From NCBI GenBank assembly GCA_029855935.1, contig JAGSHN010000023.1, positions 71,516-135,515 on the forward strand: a stretch of 64,000 nt of DNA, written 5' to 3'. Source of the stretch: Candidatus Thorarchaeota archaeon (GTDB lineage Archaea > Asgardarchaeota > Thorarchaeia > Thorarchaeales > Thorarchaeaceae). Each line of letters opens with the position of its first letter. Position 1 is the first letter of the stretch. Below are positions 39,753 through 49,873 of the stretch, piece after piece. The notes under the pieces were generated by a model. That model was not told the DNA's origin. It did no database searches and saw nothing but the letters and a program-made list of their open reading frames with translations. A program made the translations under genes and the position numbers.

Positions 39753-41415
39753 AGCTGCCCTGACCGACCCCAGCATAGCCCGAACCGAGACGGCTCTGAG
39801 GGACCTGTGGAGAGAGACCCTGCGAAGGTGTTCGGAGCGCTTCAGTCTGGAAGAGAGTCTCGCATCACTTGAGATCGTGATCGACGATGCAACGGGATCT
39901 CTGGCCTGGCCTCAATCGTGGAATATTGAGGTGCAGCTCCGAGAGGACACTGTGATGATTCCGGATCTCACGTCGACAGCGGCCCCCCTGATACGCGGTC
40001 TTCTCGCAAGAGAGGCCCTTCGACTGATGCTCCCAGCTGGCGTCGTTGATGACAACGTTGTCTTCGACGTTGCCTGCGAATTCGGAAGGCAAAACCTGCG
40101 CGGACAGCTGGAGCAGGAGTGGACCGAGCGCTGGCGGGCCTCCAGCGAGTCAATCCGCCTGCCCACAGGGGCCGTCTATGACGCCATTCGCATATTTGAT
40201 CAGCTTGAACGAATGGAGGGGTCGCGTGCACTGGACAACCTCGTGAACGCGATTGCCAAGTTCGCACGTGCTGGTGTGACACTCTCTCTGGACGACTGGG
40301 TGCGGTACCTGATGGGCTATGTGATAGAGTTCACCATTCCTCTGAACAGAATCGAGATTGCCGTTGCAGATGCCCTTCTACGTGATGCGAGTACCACACG
40401 AGAGGAGATTGCTGCCCGTCTTGGGATGACTCCAGACTGGATTGGCAAAGTGGTACAGAGGATGACCGCCCGCGGACAGTTGAGGCTGTTCGAGCGGCTC
40501 TCGCTCCGTGCCCTCAACATTCGCGTACAGCATATTCTCATAGAGCCAGCAGTTGTGAGTCAGGCCGAGGGTCTGGACTTCTTCAGGAGCTGTCCCTTTC
40601 TGTATTCGTCGTGGAGGGTCATAGGCGGTCGAGGCGGGATTCTCATCACTCTTGCAGTTCCTGACAATGACCACAATCTGCGCGCGGTCAGAACAGCTGT
40701 CAGACGTGTCGCACGGTCAGGATTCACTCTACAGACCTTCGACCGCGTCCGCGCTGCGCGACAGTACTGTTTTGACTACTACGACACAGAGACGGCTCGG
40801 TGGAGAATCGACTGGTTCTCGCTGTGGCTCGCGGCCAGACATATCAGCAGCGGCGGCAATCAGCGCCTACCCACACTGGAACTGCCAGCCCCTCCCGAGC
40901 CGCTACGCTACATCGACAACACCGACGCGCTCCTGCTCTCAGAGTTCCAAGCAGGCACCACGACCATCCGCGGCCTCAGAGACAAGATACGCTGCCGGAC
41001 ATCTGCCGTCGTCGAGAAGATGACAAAGTTTCGAGATACACGAGTCCTCGTCCAGATGTACGAGCTCAGGCACGCCGGGCTCACCGCTGACTCACTCGTC
41101 ATAGTCGAGGCTGACCGCGGTAAGGAGATAATGGGCCATCTGGCACTTCGCCTCCCGCAGACATACGTCGAGTCCACCGAGAAGGGGCCAATGCTGTTCA
41201 GGGTCACCCTCCCGGCTGACGGCGTGACCAGACTTGCCAAGATAGTCGGAGACATTGTCCCCGAACCGCAGCAGATCCACCTACTCGACAGTCCGTTGTA
41301 CGGGGGATGGAAGCTCGGGGCCTTCATCGAGGACTGGAATTTCTACCACGGCACGTGGGCGCCCCACCCCAACATTGACACGTGGCTCGAGGACATCGAG
41401 AGAAGACTGTTCTGA
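39739..41415 (+). CDS. Large regulator with an N-terminal helical domain and two Lrp/AsnC-like HTH modules
   Basis: EIAVADALLRDASTTREEIAARLGMT..IGKVVQRM and DALLLSEFQ..TIRGLRDKI..VVEKMTKF; ATG 39739 overlaps the end of csa3. Confidence 0.6.
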   Translation: MQTGEAALTDPSIARTETALRDLWRETLRRCSERFSLEESLASLEIVIDDATGSLAWPQSWNIEVQLREDTVMIPDLTSTAAPLIRGLLAREALRLMLPAGVVDDNVVFDVACEFGRQNLRGQLEQEWTERWRASSESIRLPTGAVYDAIRIFDQLERMEGSRALDNLVNAIAKFARAGVTLSLDDWVRYLMGYVIEFTIPLNRIEIAVADALLRDASTTREEIAARLGMTPDWIGKVVQRMTARGQLRLFERLSLRALNIRVQHILIEPAVVSQAEGLDFFRSCPFLYSSWRVIGGRGGILITLAVPDNDHNLRAVRTAVRRVARSGFTLQTFDRVRAARQYCFDYYDTETARWRIDWFSLWLAARHISSGGNQRLPTLELPAPPEPLRYIDNTDALLLSEFQAGTTTIRGLRDKIRCRTSAVVEKMTKFRDTRVLVQMYELRHAGLTADSLVIVEADRGKEIMGHLALRLPQTYVESTEKGPMLFRVTLPADGVTRLAKIVGDIVPEPQQIHLLDSPLYGGWKLGAFIEDWNFYHGTWAPHPNIDTWLEDIERRLF

Positions 41416-41686
41416 GAACTATGGCGCGGTTCGTGGCTCTTCACAACAAGGCCTGCTAGGCGGGCCTGCGTATGCGAAACCCGCGCCCGTGGCGATTCTC
41501 CTAGTCAAGGAATCTCTTCACGTACAGCGGCCGAGCCGCGCGTGAGTACCAGCGGTAACGGAAGCTTCGTGCAGCAACCCTGAAGTTCGAGCGTGTTTCC
41601 CATTCCGATGGACGAGTGGCATCCCCGCAAGCAACTCCCCAGTCTGAACCGTTCGCGATGGGATTACGTACCTCATACGAACACCT

Positions 41687-41697
41687 AACCTTTATAC
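41687..41697 (+). promoter_or_regulatory. TATA-like promoter of the csx1/type III operon
   Basis: AACCTTTATAC, ~95 nt upstream of csx1. Confidence 0.45.
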
Positions 41698-41792
41698 TGT
41701 ACCGTGTAGCCATTTCGTGATATGCGAAGGGGAGCGGAGAAGGCAGCCGTTTGTCACAGCGTGAACATACCACGGCCTAGGGTGTCCGTATT

Positions 41793-43493
41793 ATGACTAG
41801 GGTATTGGTTACTTCACTCGGCGCGCCGTCACGCGGCTACTCGTTGAGCACCTACCGCCTTCACAACTCGGACACTGCTCCTTGGCAAGGTAAGTTCGCG
41901 GGACTGGCTGTTCGGGACCTATTGGGACCCTTCGACAACTTGATTGTCCTTGTCACCGAGAGATCAGAGAAACACCTTGCTGAGTTCAAGAAAGCAGCGG
42001 GAGTCAGACAAGCAAGGCGTGTTCCGGTTCCCGAGCCCCTGACAGAGGGTGATCAGTACAGTGCCATTGACAAGATTGTCGGTGCTGTGGAAGAGATTGC
42101 AACTTCTGATCTCCCGGATATTCGCATAACCCTCGACATAACCTTCGGGTTCAGATCTCAGCCGCTCCTATACTTTGCCGCGCTCGCCTTCTTGAAGGAA
42201 CTTCAAGGGGCTGAAGTGGAACACGTTGTTTATGCTCACCGGAAAGACCCCGCCAGGGACGAGTACGAGATTGTCGAGCTCACGCCGGCCTACGAGATGA
42301 TTGACTGGGCATATGCCGTCAGAACCTTTGTAGATTCCGGTGATACGGGGTACTTGGCAAGAATCTTGGACCGGAGGGTGCAGATGCTACGTGCTAGAGG
42401 AGAACCTTTCAAGACGGTAGATGACATTCGCAAGTGTCTGAGCGGCTTCTCGAACCTCGTTGGTGCGGCATTGCCGATAGAGCTTGGTAACGCAGCCAAG
42501 TCACTTCTGGACAAACTCGATCGGCGCAGGGAAGAACTGCGAGAGGCCAAGATCTTCTGGCGACTCATTGACTCGTTGACTGAGGTGGGAGAGCAACTCT
42601 CGTGCTCCCTGCTTGCTAGGAACAAGGCCACGATTCCTCTGACACGTGAGGTGATTGAACACCAGATTCGCGTCACCGAGTGGGCGCTCTCGCACAACCA
42701 GATTGCGAACGTCGTGGCCATACTCCGAGAGGCGGCAATCAATCTGATACTGCTCAGGCGCTCGTCTGAGAGATGGCTTGACAGGAGCGAGAGAGAAGAG
42801 GCCGCCTATCTTCTATCGTCAATGGAGCGAATGATGAAGAGAGGGGACCTCAGAGACAGGCTGACCGACTTTCAACAGGAGTTCCTGGCTGCATTCGTAA
42901 GAATCAGAGATCACAGAAACAGGATGGCCCACTGTGGCTTCACTGAGAACAGGGTCAGTCTTACAGGTCTGGACGATGACATCAGGAACTTTGTTGAAGT
43001 GCTGCGCAGGGGCCTTGACGAGCTACAGCTGCCGCAGCAGGGGACTGCACACATACTGGTGAGCCCGCTGGGGCTCTCGATTGGCAGCCTCTACACCGCT
43101 CTGTTGGCAACCCAGCCCGACCATCTCATCGCCCTTGTGACAAAGAAGTCGCGGGGTTCATTGAAGTCGGTCCTAGAGGCCGCCAGTTTCCCTGAGTCCG
43201 AAACCACAGTCCTTGACGTCAAAGACCCTCACGCAGGCTTCGAGGAGATACCGTCGCTCGTCAGCAGGGCGGAGGACACGATCATCTCCGCGCGGGTGGT
43301 CATCGGGAACATCACGGGCGGGACCACAATGATGAGTGAGGCTGTCCGCGCGATTCTCGAGATGGCCAGATCGTACGCGGTACAGACCAAGACCTATGCT
43401 ATGGTCGACAGAAGACCGTTGGAGGAACAGAAACGTAATCCCTTCGTCAAGGGCGAGGCGTTTCAGATCAATGGATGTGTGAATGATGACTGA
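41793..43493 (+). CDS. csx1: Csx1 (CARF-HEPN RNase) with an extra C-terminal Crn1-like CARF domain
   Basis: LDITFGFRSQP (CARF); HRNRMAHCG (HEPN); C-terminal SPLGLSIG..NITGGTTMM. Confidence 0.85.
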   Translation: MTRVLVTSLGAPSRGYSLSTYRLHNSDTAPWQGKFAGLAVRDLLGPFDNLIVLVTERSEKHLAEFKKAAGVRQARRVPVPEPLTEGDQYSAIDKIVGAVEEIATSDLPDIRITLDITFGFRSQPLLYFAALAFLKELQGAEVEHVVYAHRKDPARDEYEIVELTPAYEMIDWAYAVRTFVDSGDTGYLARILDRRVQMLRARGEPFKTVDDIRKCLSGFSNLVGAALPIELGNAAKSLLDKLDRRREELREAKIFWRLIDSLTEVGEQLSCSLLARNKATIPLTREVIEHQIRVTEWALSHNQIANVVAILREAAINLILLRRSSERWLDRSEREEAAYLLSSMERMMKRGDLRDRLTDFQQEFLAAFVRIRDHRNRMAHCGFTENRVSLTGLDDDIRNFVEVLRRGLDELQLPQQGTAHILVSPLGLSIGSLYTALLATQPDHLIALVTKKSRGSLKSVLEAASFPESETTVLDVKDPHAGFEEIPSLVSRAEDTIISARVVIGNITGGTTMMSEAVRAILEMARSYAVQTKTYAMVDRRPLEEQKRNPFVKGEAFQINGCVNDD

Positions 43494-44523
43494 GAATGAA
43501 ACTAATGTTTCCGAACTGATCCAGCTCGTGGGTTCCAACCCCCTCCCGCTGTACATAAGCGCTTCCACGCTCCGGCCGAATATCGTCTATCTCCTGTGTA
43601 CTGACGAAACAAGGCCTGTGGCGGAACGGCTTCAACGAGAGTACAAGAAGTATAACATCGGCGCGGAACTACTGTTCATCAGAGATGCGACCAGCCCTCT
43701 GAGCTGCGAAACGGTGGTCACCGACAGACTGTCGAATGCCTTTCTCGACTACACTGGTGGCACCAAGGTCATGGCCGTCAACGTCTACCGTGCCTGGTCT
43801 CAGCACAGAGGCACTCTCAGCCGAGCGTGCTATGTGGACTCTGAGAAGGACGTACTCCGATTCGGTGATGGCAAGAATGTCCCGATCACTACGGAGCTGT
43901 CACTCGACCTGCTTGTCAGACTGCACGGTTTCCGGCTGTTGGAAACGAGGTCTTCCCTACCAGATGCCGATAGAATGCGTGAACTTGACAAAGAGGTCGA
44001 GAAGTATCTCGAAGCGATTGAACGCGGGGAGAAGACAGATCGAACTGCTGATGGGTTTTGGTTCGAGGAATGGGTCGCAGGCCTTTTGAAGCACAGACTT
44101 GATACACCTCTGAAGGTATATTGGGGAGCAAGAATTGCGCCACCTCACGCGCCCGGGATGGAACTCGATGTTGTGGCCATAAGGGGCCACAAGACCTTCG
44201 TGCTATCCTGCACAATCGGACCCAAATATGATCCCGCAAAGAGAAAAGCCTTCGAGGTCATTCTGCGATCTCATCAGATTGGGGGCAATCACGCAAGGGC
44301 GGCTCTCGTTAGTCCCATAGACATAGTTATGAACCCAAGTCCGAGTCGGTGGAGCTCTGACGAACTCATTGACCAAGCCTACAATCTTGAGAGTAGTGTC
44401 AAGTCACACTGGAATGATCCTATCGCCTTCAAGGTGTTCTCCCGGTCAGACATTGAGGAGTGGGTGGGTTTCGCTGGGGCCAAGAAGAAGGTCGATTCTC
44501 TGAGGAGATGGATTGAGTCATAG
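43483..44523 (+). CDS. can2: Can2/Card1-like CARF-PD(D/E)xK nuclease
   Basis: LVGSNPLP, DYTGGTKVM; GFWFEEWV..ELDVV..LSCT. Confidence 0.8.
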   Translation: MMTENETNVSELIQLVGSNPLPLYISASTLRPNIVYLLCTDETRPVAERLQREYKKYNIGAELLFIRDATSPLSCETVVTDRLSNAFLDYTGGTKVMAVNVYRAWSQHRGTLSRACYVDSEKDVLRFGDGKNVPITTELSLDLLVRLHGFRLLETRSSLPDADRMRELDKEVEKYLEAIERGEKTDRTADGFWFEEWVAGLLKHRLDTPLKVYWGARIAPPHAPGMELDVVAIRGHKTFVLSCTIGPKYDPAKRKAFEVILRSHQIGGNHARAALVSPIDIVMNPSPSRWSSDELIDQAYNLESSVKSHWNDPIAFKVFSRSDIEEWVGFAGAKKKVDSLRRWIES

Positions 44524-44538
44524 GAGTGATGATGGTAA

Positions 44539-46161
44539 ATGGGTATTCTAACGCTTGTGGACCTGCTTGGAATTCAGAGGTTCATCTTTGAGTCAAACCG
44601 GCTGAGGGATATTCTTGCCGGGTCTATGCTCGTACGCAAAGCGAGTACTGAAATTCTCTCTGACTTTGCGCAACGTTCAGGCCAGGTTGTCTACAGTGCA
44701 GGAGGCACGGGACTGATCCGATTCGAGGCAATGGAGGACGCACGGGAGTTTGCGGGAAGATATACTCGCTGGCTATTCGACAAAGCACCGGGTCTGGATG
44801 CTGCTATTCTCCACAAGAACTATGACGGCAATGGCGACTTCATCGGAACCATAGAGGACCTGGGCGAGCAGATGAGTCTGCTAAAGCTTCGCCGCAGGCG
44901 ACAACTCCCTCTCGGCGGTCTTGGCGTGACCGAGTCCTGCTATGAGACCGGCCAGCCAGCTGTCGCCTTCGACCGGGAGAGTACCAACTCCGTGCCCGTC
45001 GAGCCTCCACTTCCAGACGATTCTCACCAGACAAGACCCATCTCTGCATCTGTCAAGGCTCGACGCGCTGCTGACCTTGAGCGCCAGTCTGATGAGAGGT
45101 GGGTGAGGTTCCTTCCTAGCACTGAGGTTGAGATACGTGGTGAGGAGGTTCAACTTGAATTCCCGAAGGACCTAGACCACCTTGGGCGAAGCCGCACCGA
45201 GAAGAGCCTGATGGCAGTTGTCCACATAGATATGAACGATACAGGTGAGAAACTGCGAAAGATGCAGGAAACCCTCAGGGGGGAGAAAGAGGAAACAGCA
45301 AGGGCGCGCATCAAAAGCACATCTGAGCAGATCAAGAACATAGCTGCAAAAGCATTCAGGGTATGCGTCCAGAGAGTTGTGAAGTCAATAGTCGCTGAGA
45401 AGAAGGACGACGGTCGCCACTACTACATCCAGCACGCAAAGGCGACAAGCAAATTCGAGCTACTCTATCACGACGGCACTCTCTCATTGCCTCTACGCCC
45501 AATAGTCCTTGGAGGCGATGACCTGACCATAGTCTGTGATGCTCGTATAGCATTTGATCTTGCGGCAGCAGCTCTGGAGGAGTTTGAGAGAGGAAACATA
45601 GAGGGCGTCGGTCAGATCACTGGTTGCGCGGGCATAGCGATAGGACGGACTCATACGCCTTTCTTCAGACTCTATCAGCGTTCCGAGGAGCTCTGCAGAA
45701 ACGCCAAGCGGTGGCGCCACGCCGCAGACTATGCTGGTTCAGCCCTTGATTGGCATATCGAATATGGGCAGTCAATCGGACCAATCGAGGAGCTGCGTGC
45801 GCGGTACCTGAAACCCATTTCATCGGCATCACAGGAGTTCACAACATACCGGTTCACATGTCGTCCATATCCGCTTGACTATGATGACGAGTATCTGTCT
45901 TGGAGATGGCTATCGGACACATTCCTGTGTGGTCCCAACGGCCTTCAGACCGGGTCCTGGGCCGAGCGTCGCAACAAGGTCTACAGGCTGAGAGAGGCAG
46001 CACTTGAGGGCGAGGATGTTGTCAAAGGACTGCTCGAACGATGGAAGCGACTCGGCGACAATCTGAGGCTGCCAGCCGAGATAGGCAATGGGTACTTCAA
46101 GAATCAGACTCCGGTCCTTGACGCGGTGGAGCTGGTGAGTCTGTACTTCAAGTTGAGGTGA
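44539..46161 (+). CDS. cas10: Type III-D Cas10, HD-less, intact cyclase motif
   Basis: DLLGIQRFIF..NRLRDI.GS, VHIDMN, PIVLGGDDL; 540 aa with no N-terminal HD domain. Confidence 0.93.
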   Translation: MGILTLVDLLGIQRFIFESNRLRDILAGSMLVRKASTEILSDFAQRSGQVVYSAGGTGLIRFEAMEDAREFAGRYTRWLFDKAPGLDAAILHKNYDGNGDFIGTIEDLGEQMSLLKLRRRRQLPLGGLGVTESCYETGQPAVAFDRESTNSVPVEPPLPDDSHQTRPISASVKARRAADLERQSDERWVRFLPSTEVEIRGEEVQLEFPKDLDHLGRSRTEKSLMAVVHIDMNDTGEKLRKMQETLRGEKEETARARIKSTSEQIKNIAAKAFRVCVQRVVKSIVAEKKDDGRHYYIQHAKATSKFELLYHDGTLSLPLRPIVLGGDDLTIVCDARIAFDLAAAALEEFERGNIEGVGQITGCAGIAIGRTHTPFFRLYQRSEELCRNAKRWRHAADYAGSALDWHIEYGQSIGPIEELRARYLKPISSASQEFTTYRFTCRPYPLDYDDEYLSWRWLSDTFLCGPNGLQTGSWAERRNKVYRLREAALEGEDVVKGLLERWKRLGDNLRLPAEIGNGYFKNQTPVLDAVELVSLYFKLR

Positions 46162-46168
46162 TGATGAC

Positions 46169-46795
46169 TTGATTCCCCGTGAGTTGACGATTGAGCTCCT
46201 TTCTGACAGTGCATTCGGCGGCGACACTGGTGTCACTGTCGATAGAGAGGTCACACACGATGAAACTGGTCTACCGTTCATTCCCGGCAAGAGTATTCGC
46301 GGGCTACTGAGAGATACCTGGCTATCAATGCATCACTGCTTCCCCTCATTGTGGGAGGCTGCTGCACGGGTGCTCGGACGACCCAAACGCCTTGACGAGC
46401 ACTGTATCCTCCGCATAGGTGACGCTCTGCTCGAACCTGCTGTGAGGGAGTGGGTCCTATACGGCCTATCGAAGGGCACACGCCTCACATCCGACCTCGT
46501 TCTTGAGGCTCTCACCGACATTCGGACTCAGACGGCTGTTGACCGTGTCAGAGGGGCACCGAAGAAGGGGACACTCCGTAGCACTCGTGTCATATTGAGA
46601 GGTGTGAAGCTGCGAAGCCATCTGGAATGGCTCGGAGAACCGACAAAGGACGACCTGCGCGTTCTTGCCCTCTGCGCTCTGGGTACCCGACAGGCCGGGT
46701 TGTCTTCCAACCGGGGACTGGGCCACATCAGAATGCTTCTCGACAACAGTTTGCACCAGACAAGGAAACTGGCCAGACTGGAGGGGGGACAATGA
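46169..46795 (+). CDS. csm3: Type III-D Cas7-family RAMP
   Basis: VDREV..GLPFIPGKSIRGLLR, GLSSNRGLG. Confidence 0.88.
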   Translation: MIPRELTIELLSDSAFGGDTGVTVDREVTHDETGLPFIPGKSIRGLLRDTWLSMHHCFPSLWEAAARVLGRPKRLDEHCILRIGDALLEPAVREWVLYGLSKGTRLTSDLVLEALTDIRTQTAVDRVRGAPKKGTLRSTRVILRGVKLRSHLEWLGEPTKDDLRVLALCALGTRQAGLSSNRGLGHIRMLLDNSLHQTRKLARLEGGQ

Positions 46796-48414
46796 GTAAC
46801 TACTATCCGTTTGTTCTGCATCTTACCGCCCCAGCAATCATTCGTGATATTGGTCAGGACCCGTCCTGCGCGACGTCTATGGCATACATTCCGGGCTCAA
46901 CGATACGCGGTGCCCTTGCCTTCCGGGTGAAGAAGACCGCTCCGGACCTATTCGATAGGATTGTGTTGTCAGATGAGGTTAGGTTCCTCAATGCGTACCC
47001 GTATGTCGATCAGAAGAGGTTCCTACCAACGCCAGTTTCCTACGCACGAGAGAAATACAGTCACCCGGAGGTCATCTGGGACCGCGCAGCCCTCAATACA
47101 CAGATCGCTGGTCTTGTTCCGATCAGTAGACCTTTCTGCTCCTTGGTAGAACCGTCGGTACTGCTGTACACGCCAGCGATGGGACGACGGCTACATCACT
47201 TGCGCGACCGAAAGGCGGGTCTTGCCCACGGCAAGAACGAGAATCAGGTAGGCACAGTCTACTGGAACGAATATCTGGAGAGCGACCAAGACTTCTGCGG
47301 GGCAATCTATGTTCGCGATGGAGCGGAGACCGAGAGAATTGTGGACACCCTCAGGGAGTGTACATCGCAGCCTCTGTTGCTCGGACGCGCGAAGCGCAGC
47401 GGCTACGGAGGCCTGGCCACTGTAGAGTGGCAGCAGCCTGTGCGGCGCGAAGTCCTTCTGACCGGGAGACGGGATGTTGCAAGGAGCATTGATACCGGAG
47501 CGTACTTCAGAGTCGTACTGCTATCTGACTGTGTTTCAGTCAATCACGAGACCGGCGAGATCGACCCGTACAGTTCCATCACCGAACTCCTAAGGCAACT
47601 CAAAGGACGTGCCGATCTGCAGGCGATATTCTCAGGTACACGGCTCATCGGAGGATTCAACAGGACGTGGAGGCTTCAGACACCTCAGGAATGGGCTCTT
47701 GCTGCAGGCTCGGTTCTTGTTCTCCGGGCGACTGATACAATTGATGAGCAGACAATCCTCGACATAGAAGATCGTGGTCTAGGACTGCGCAGAAATGAGG
47801 GGTTTGGCCGGATAGTGTTCCTAGCCCACGCCCGAAATCGATTGTCACTCCAGACCGCCCCGACCGAGAAACCAGTAGCACCCGAAGGCAGCCCGCCAAA
47901 ACTGGTACTTCAAATTGAGAAAAGAATCATCTGGAATCAGCTCGTCCGCCAGTGCCAGATTCGCGCGTCGATGATTGCCGACGGAGTGCAGAGGCTTCCC
48001 AGTCCGAGCCTGCTCTCAAGGCTCTTGAGCGCTCTCTATAGCAAGGACAATGCGCTTGCGACGCTCAGCGAATGGCTGGGAGATAACGAGGAAAAGCAGT
48101 TGAAGAGTGACGCGATGAAGCAGCTGAAGGTAGCAAAGTTCAGACCTCCCGCGTGCTCAAGCGGCACAAGGACGAATCTGCGAGAATTCATTCGAAAGAT
48201 CATCAGGGCTGCCGAAGGGCGCAGAGAGAGGCCGAAACATCCTGAGGACCGCGAGTACTTCGAAACTATCATTGAAACCGAGAGAATCTCAAGGGAGTTC
48301 GGCATAAGGGACGAAGCAAGGACTCCAGAGACACGCGACCTTGTCCTGAAGTTCTTGGAGGCCTTTCTCGGAGCACTGGTGTACAAGGCCAACATCAGGA
48401 GGCGTGACAAGTAA
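46792..48414 (+). CDS. csx10: Csx10 (Cas5-family RAMP) with a probable fused Cas11-like C-terminal helical domain
   Basis: YIPGSTIRGALA, LGRAKRSGYG, GLGLRRNEGFG; C-terminal LPSPSLLSRL helical region; ATGA overlap with the upstream gene. Confidence 0.85.
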   Translation: MSNYYPFVLHLTAPAIIRDIGQDPSCATSMAYIPGSTIRGALAFRVKKTAPDLFDRIVLSDEVRFLNAYPYVDQKRFLPTPVSYAREKYSHPEVIWDRAALNTQIAGLVPISRPFCSLVEPSVLLYTPAMGRRLHHLRDRKAGLAHGKNENQVGTVYWNEYLESDQDFCGAIYVRDGAETERIVDTLRECTSQPLLLGRAKRSGYGGLATVEWQQPVRREVLLTGRRDVARSIDTGAYFRVVLLSDCVSVNHETGEIDPYSSITELLRQLKGRADLQAIFSGTRLIGGFNRTWRLQTPQEWALAAGSVLVLRATDTIDEQTILDIEDRGLGLRRNEGFGRIVFLAHARNRLSLQTAPTEKPVAPEGSPPKLVLQIEKRIIWNQLVRQCQIRASMIADGVQRLPSPSLLSRLLSALYSKDNALATLSEWLGDNEEKQLKSDAMKQLKVAKFRPPACSSGTRTNLREFIRKIIRAAEGRRERPKHPEDREYFETIIETERISREFGIRDEARTPETRDLVLKFLEAFLGALVYKANIRRRDK

Positions 48415-49873
48415 GATGAATCCAGCTGGGCAACTAGAGATCGACAAGACTATGACAGATGATGGCGGCGTTCGTTCCATTGTGGCACGTTGGGTGATCA
48501 CCGGAACACTAACGACGAGATCCCCTGTCCTGATTGGCGGTGCACTAGAGTCCGAGATTCTCGACAATGAGATTCTGCGGAGAAAGTACTCAGGCGAACC
48601 ATTCATTCCCGGTGCTACGCTGGCTGGTGCTCTCAGAAACTATCTTATGGATGTTCTTGCAGGATATGGCCAGTCGGACTCGGACATCGATATCTCGGAC
48701 CTGTTTGGTTCCCCTCACGAGAGCGAGGACCCGTGGCAGAGTTCGCTCATAGCATTTGACGCAGTGGCCGAGAAATGCCATCTCACAGAGATTCGGCACG
48801 GTGTCGCGATTGACAGCCGAACTGGTACCGCAGAGGAACACAAGAAGTTCACATACGAGGTTCTTCCGGCGGGGGTTGAATTCCCAATCCGATTTGACCT
48901 CGTCGTTGAAGCGTCCGATGACGAGATTGTTCTGTTGGAGAAGCTGGTCAAGGCACTGGAGGGCTTGGAGAATGGCGACATCCGATTCGGGATGAAAAAG
49001 AGTAGAGGTCTTGGTGAATGCGTCTGCAGCGACTGGCGGGTGAAGAGATTTGACCTCAGGTCAAAACAAGGGTGGCTTGACTGGGTTTCAACAGACCATC
49101 GAAGACCACTGGACGGTGATGCAAGGAAAAGCATTCGAGATGCGGTTTCCAGCGAGCTGGACAAAACAGTAGAGGACCTCCCAGACAGGCGGCAACGAGC
49201 AGTCTTTCGTCTGGAGCTGGACGCTAGAGGTCCACTGATAATTCGTTCACCGGGAACCAGCGCCGACGACCCCGACGCCTCACACCTACTCTCAGGGACT
49301 CAGCCCGTGGTCAGTGGAACGGCTCTGGCCGGGGTGTTGAGGACAAGAGCACTCCAGATTGCCCAGACAGTGAAGGGAGAGGATGGTCGCAGGCTCGTAG
49401 ACAGTCTGTTCGGGCCGCAACTTGGTAGTGACACAGAGAAGGCACGCAGATCTCGTGTTCAGGTGACAGAGGCCAGCATAGAATCAGCAAAGAGCCTTCA
49501 GCCCACCCGTGTACGGATAGATAGGTTCACTGGTGGATCGATGCACGGACTCCTGTTCACCGAGAGACTGGTCTATGGCGGAGAATTCTCTCTCACTATC
49601 GAGGTGAGGAATCCCACTGCGGCCGATATCGGACTGCTTCTGCTTGTGTTCAGAGACCTTGTGACAGGTCAATTGCAGATTGGGGGTGAGAGTTCCGTGG
49701 GACGGGGCATCACAACTGGGAGACTCACAATAGAAGAGATTCGACTCGATGATGAAACTTTGACCGGTATCACCGTGGCTCCGGGGGAAGTCTGCAAGGA
49801 GGCAGCACGGCTTGAAGAGTTCGTGGCAGAATTCCTCGGTGGGGCTGGCAAGAACGTTGGGGGTGAACGCTAG
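48404..49873 (+). CDS. csm3: Double-RAMP Cas7-Cas7 fusion (type III-D)
   Basis: Two RAMP units: IPGATLAGALR..FGMKKSRGLG and VSGTALAGVLR..IGGESSVGRG. Confidence 0.88.
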   Translation: MTSKMNPAGQLEIDKTMTDDGGVRSIVARWVITGTLTTRSPVLIGGALESEILDNEILRRKYSGEPFIPGATLAGALRNYLMDVLAGYGQSDSDIDISDLFGSPHESEDPWQSSLIAFDAVAEKCHLTEIRHGVAIDSRTGTAEEHKKFTYEVLPAGVEFPIRFDLVVEASDDEIVLLEKLVKALEGLENGDIRFGMKKSRGLGECVCSDWRVKRFDLRSKQGWLDWVSTDHRRPLDGDARKSIRDAVSSELDKTVEDLPDRRQRAVFRLELDARGPLIIRSPGTSADDPDASHLLSGTQPVVSGTALAGVLRTRALQIAQTVKGEDGRRLVDSLFGPQLGSDTEKARRSRVQVTEASIESAKSLQPTRVRIDRFTGGSMHGLLFTERLVYGGEFSLTIEVRNPTAADIGLLLLVFRDLVTGQLQIGGESSVGRGITTGRLTIEEIRLDDETLTGITVAPGEVCKEAARLEEFVAEFLGGAGKNVGGER

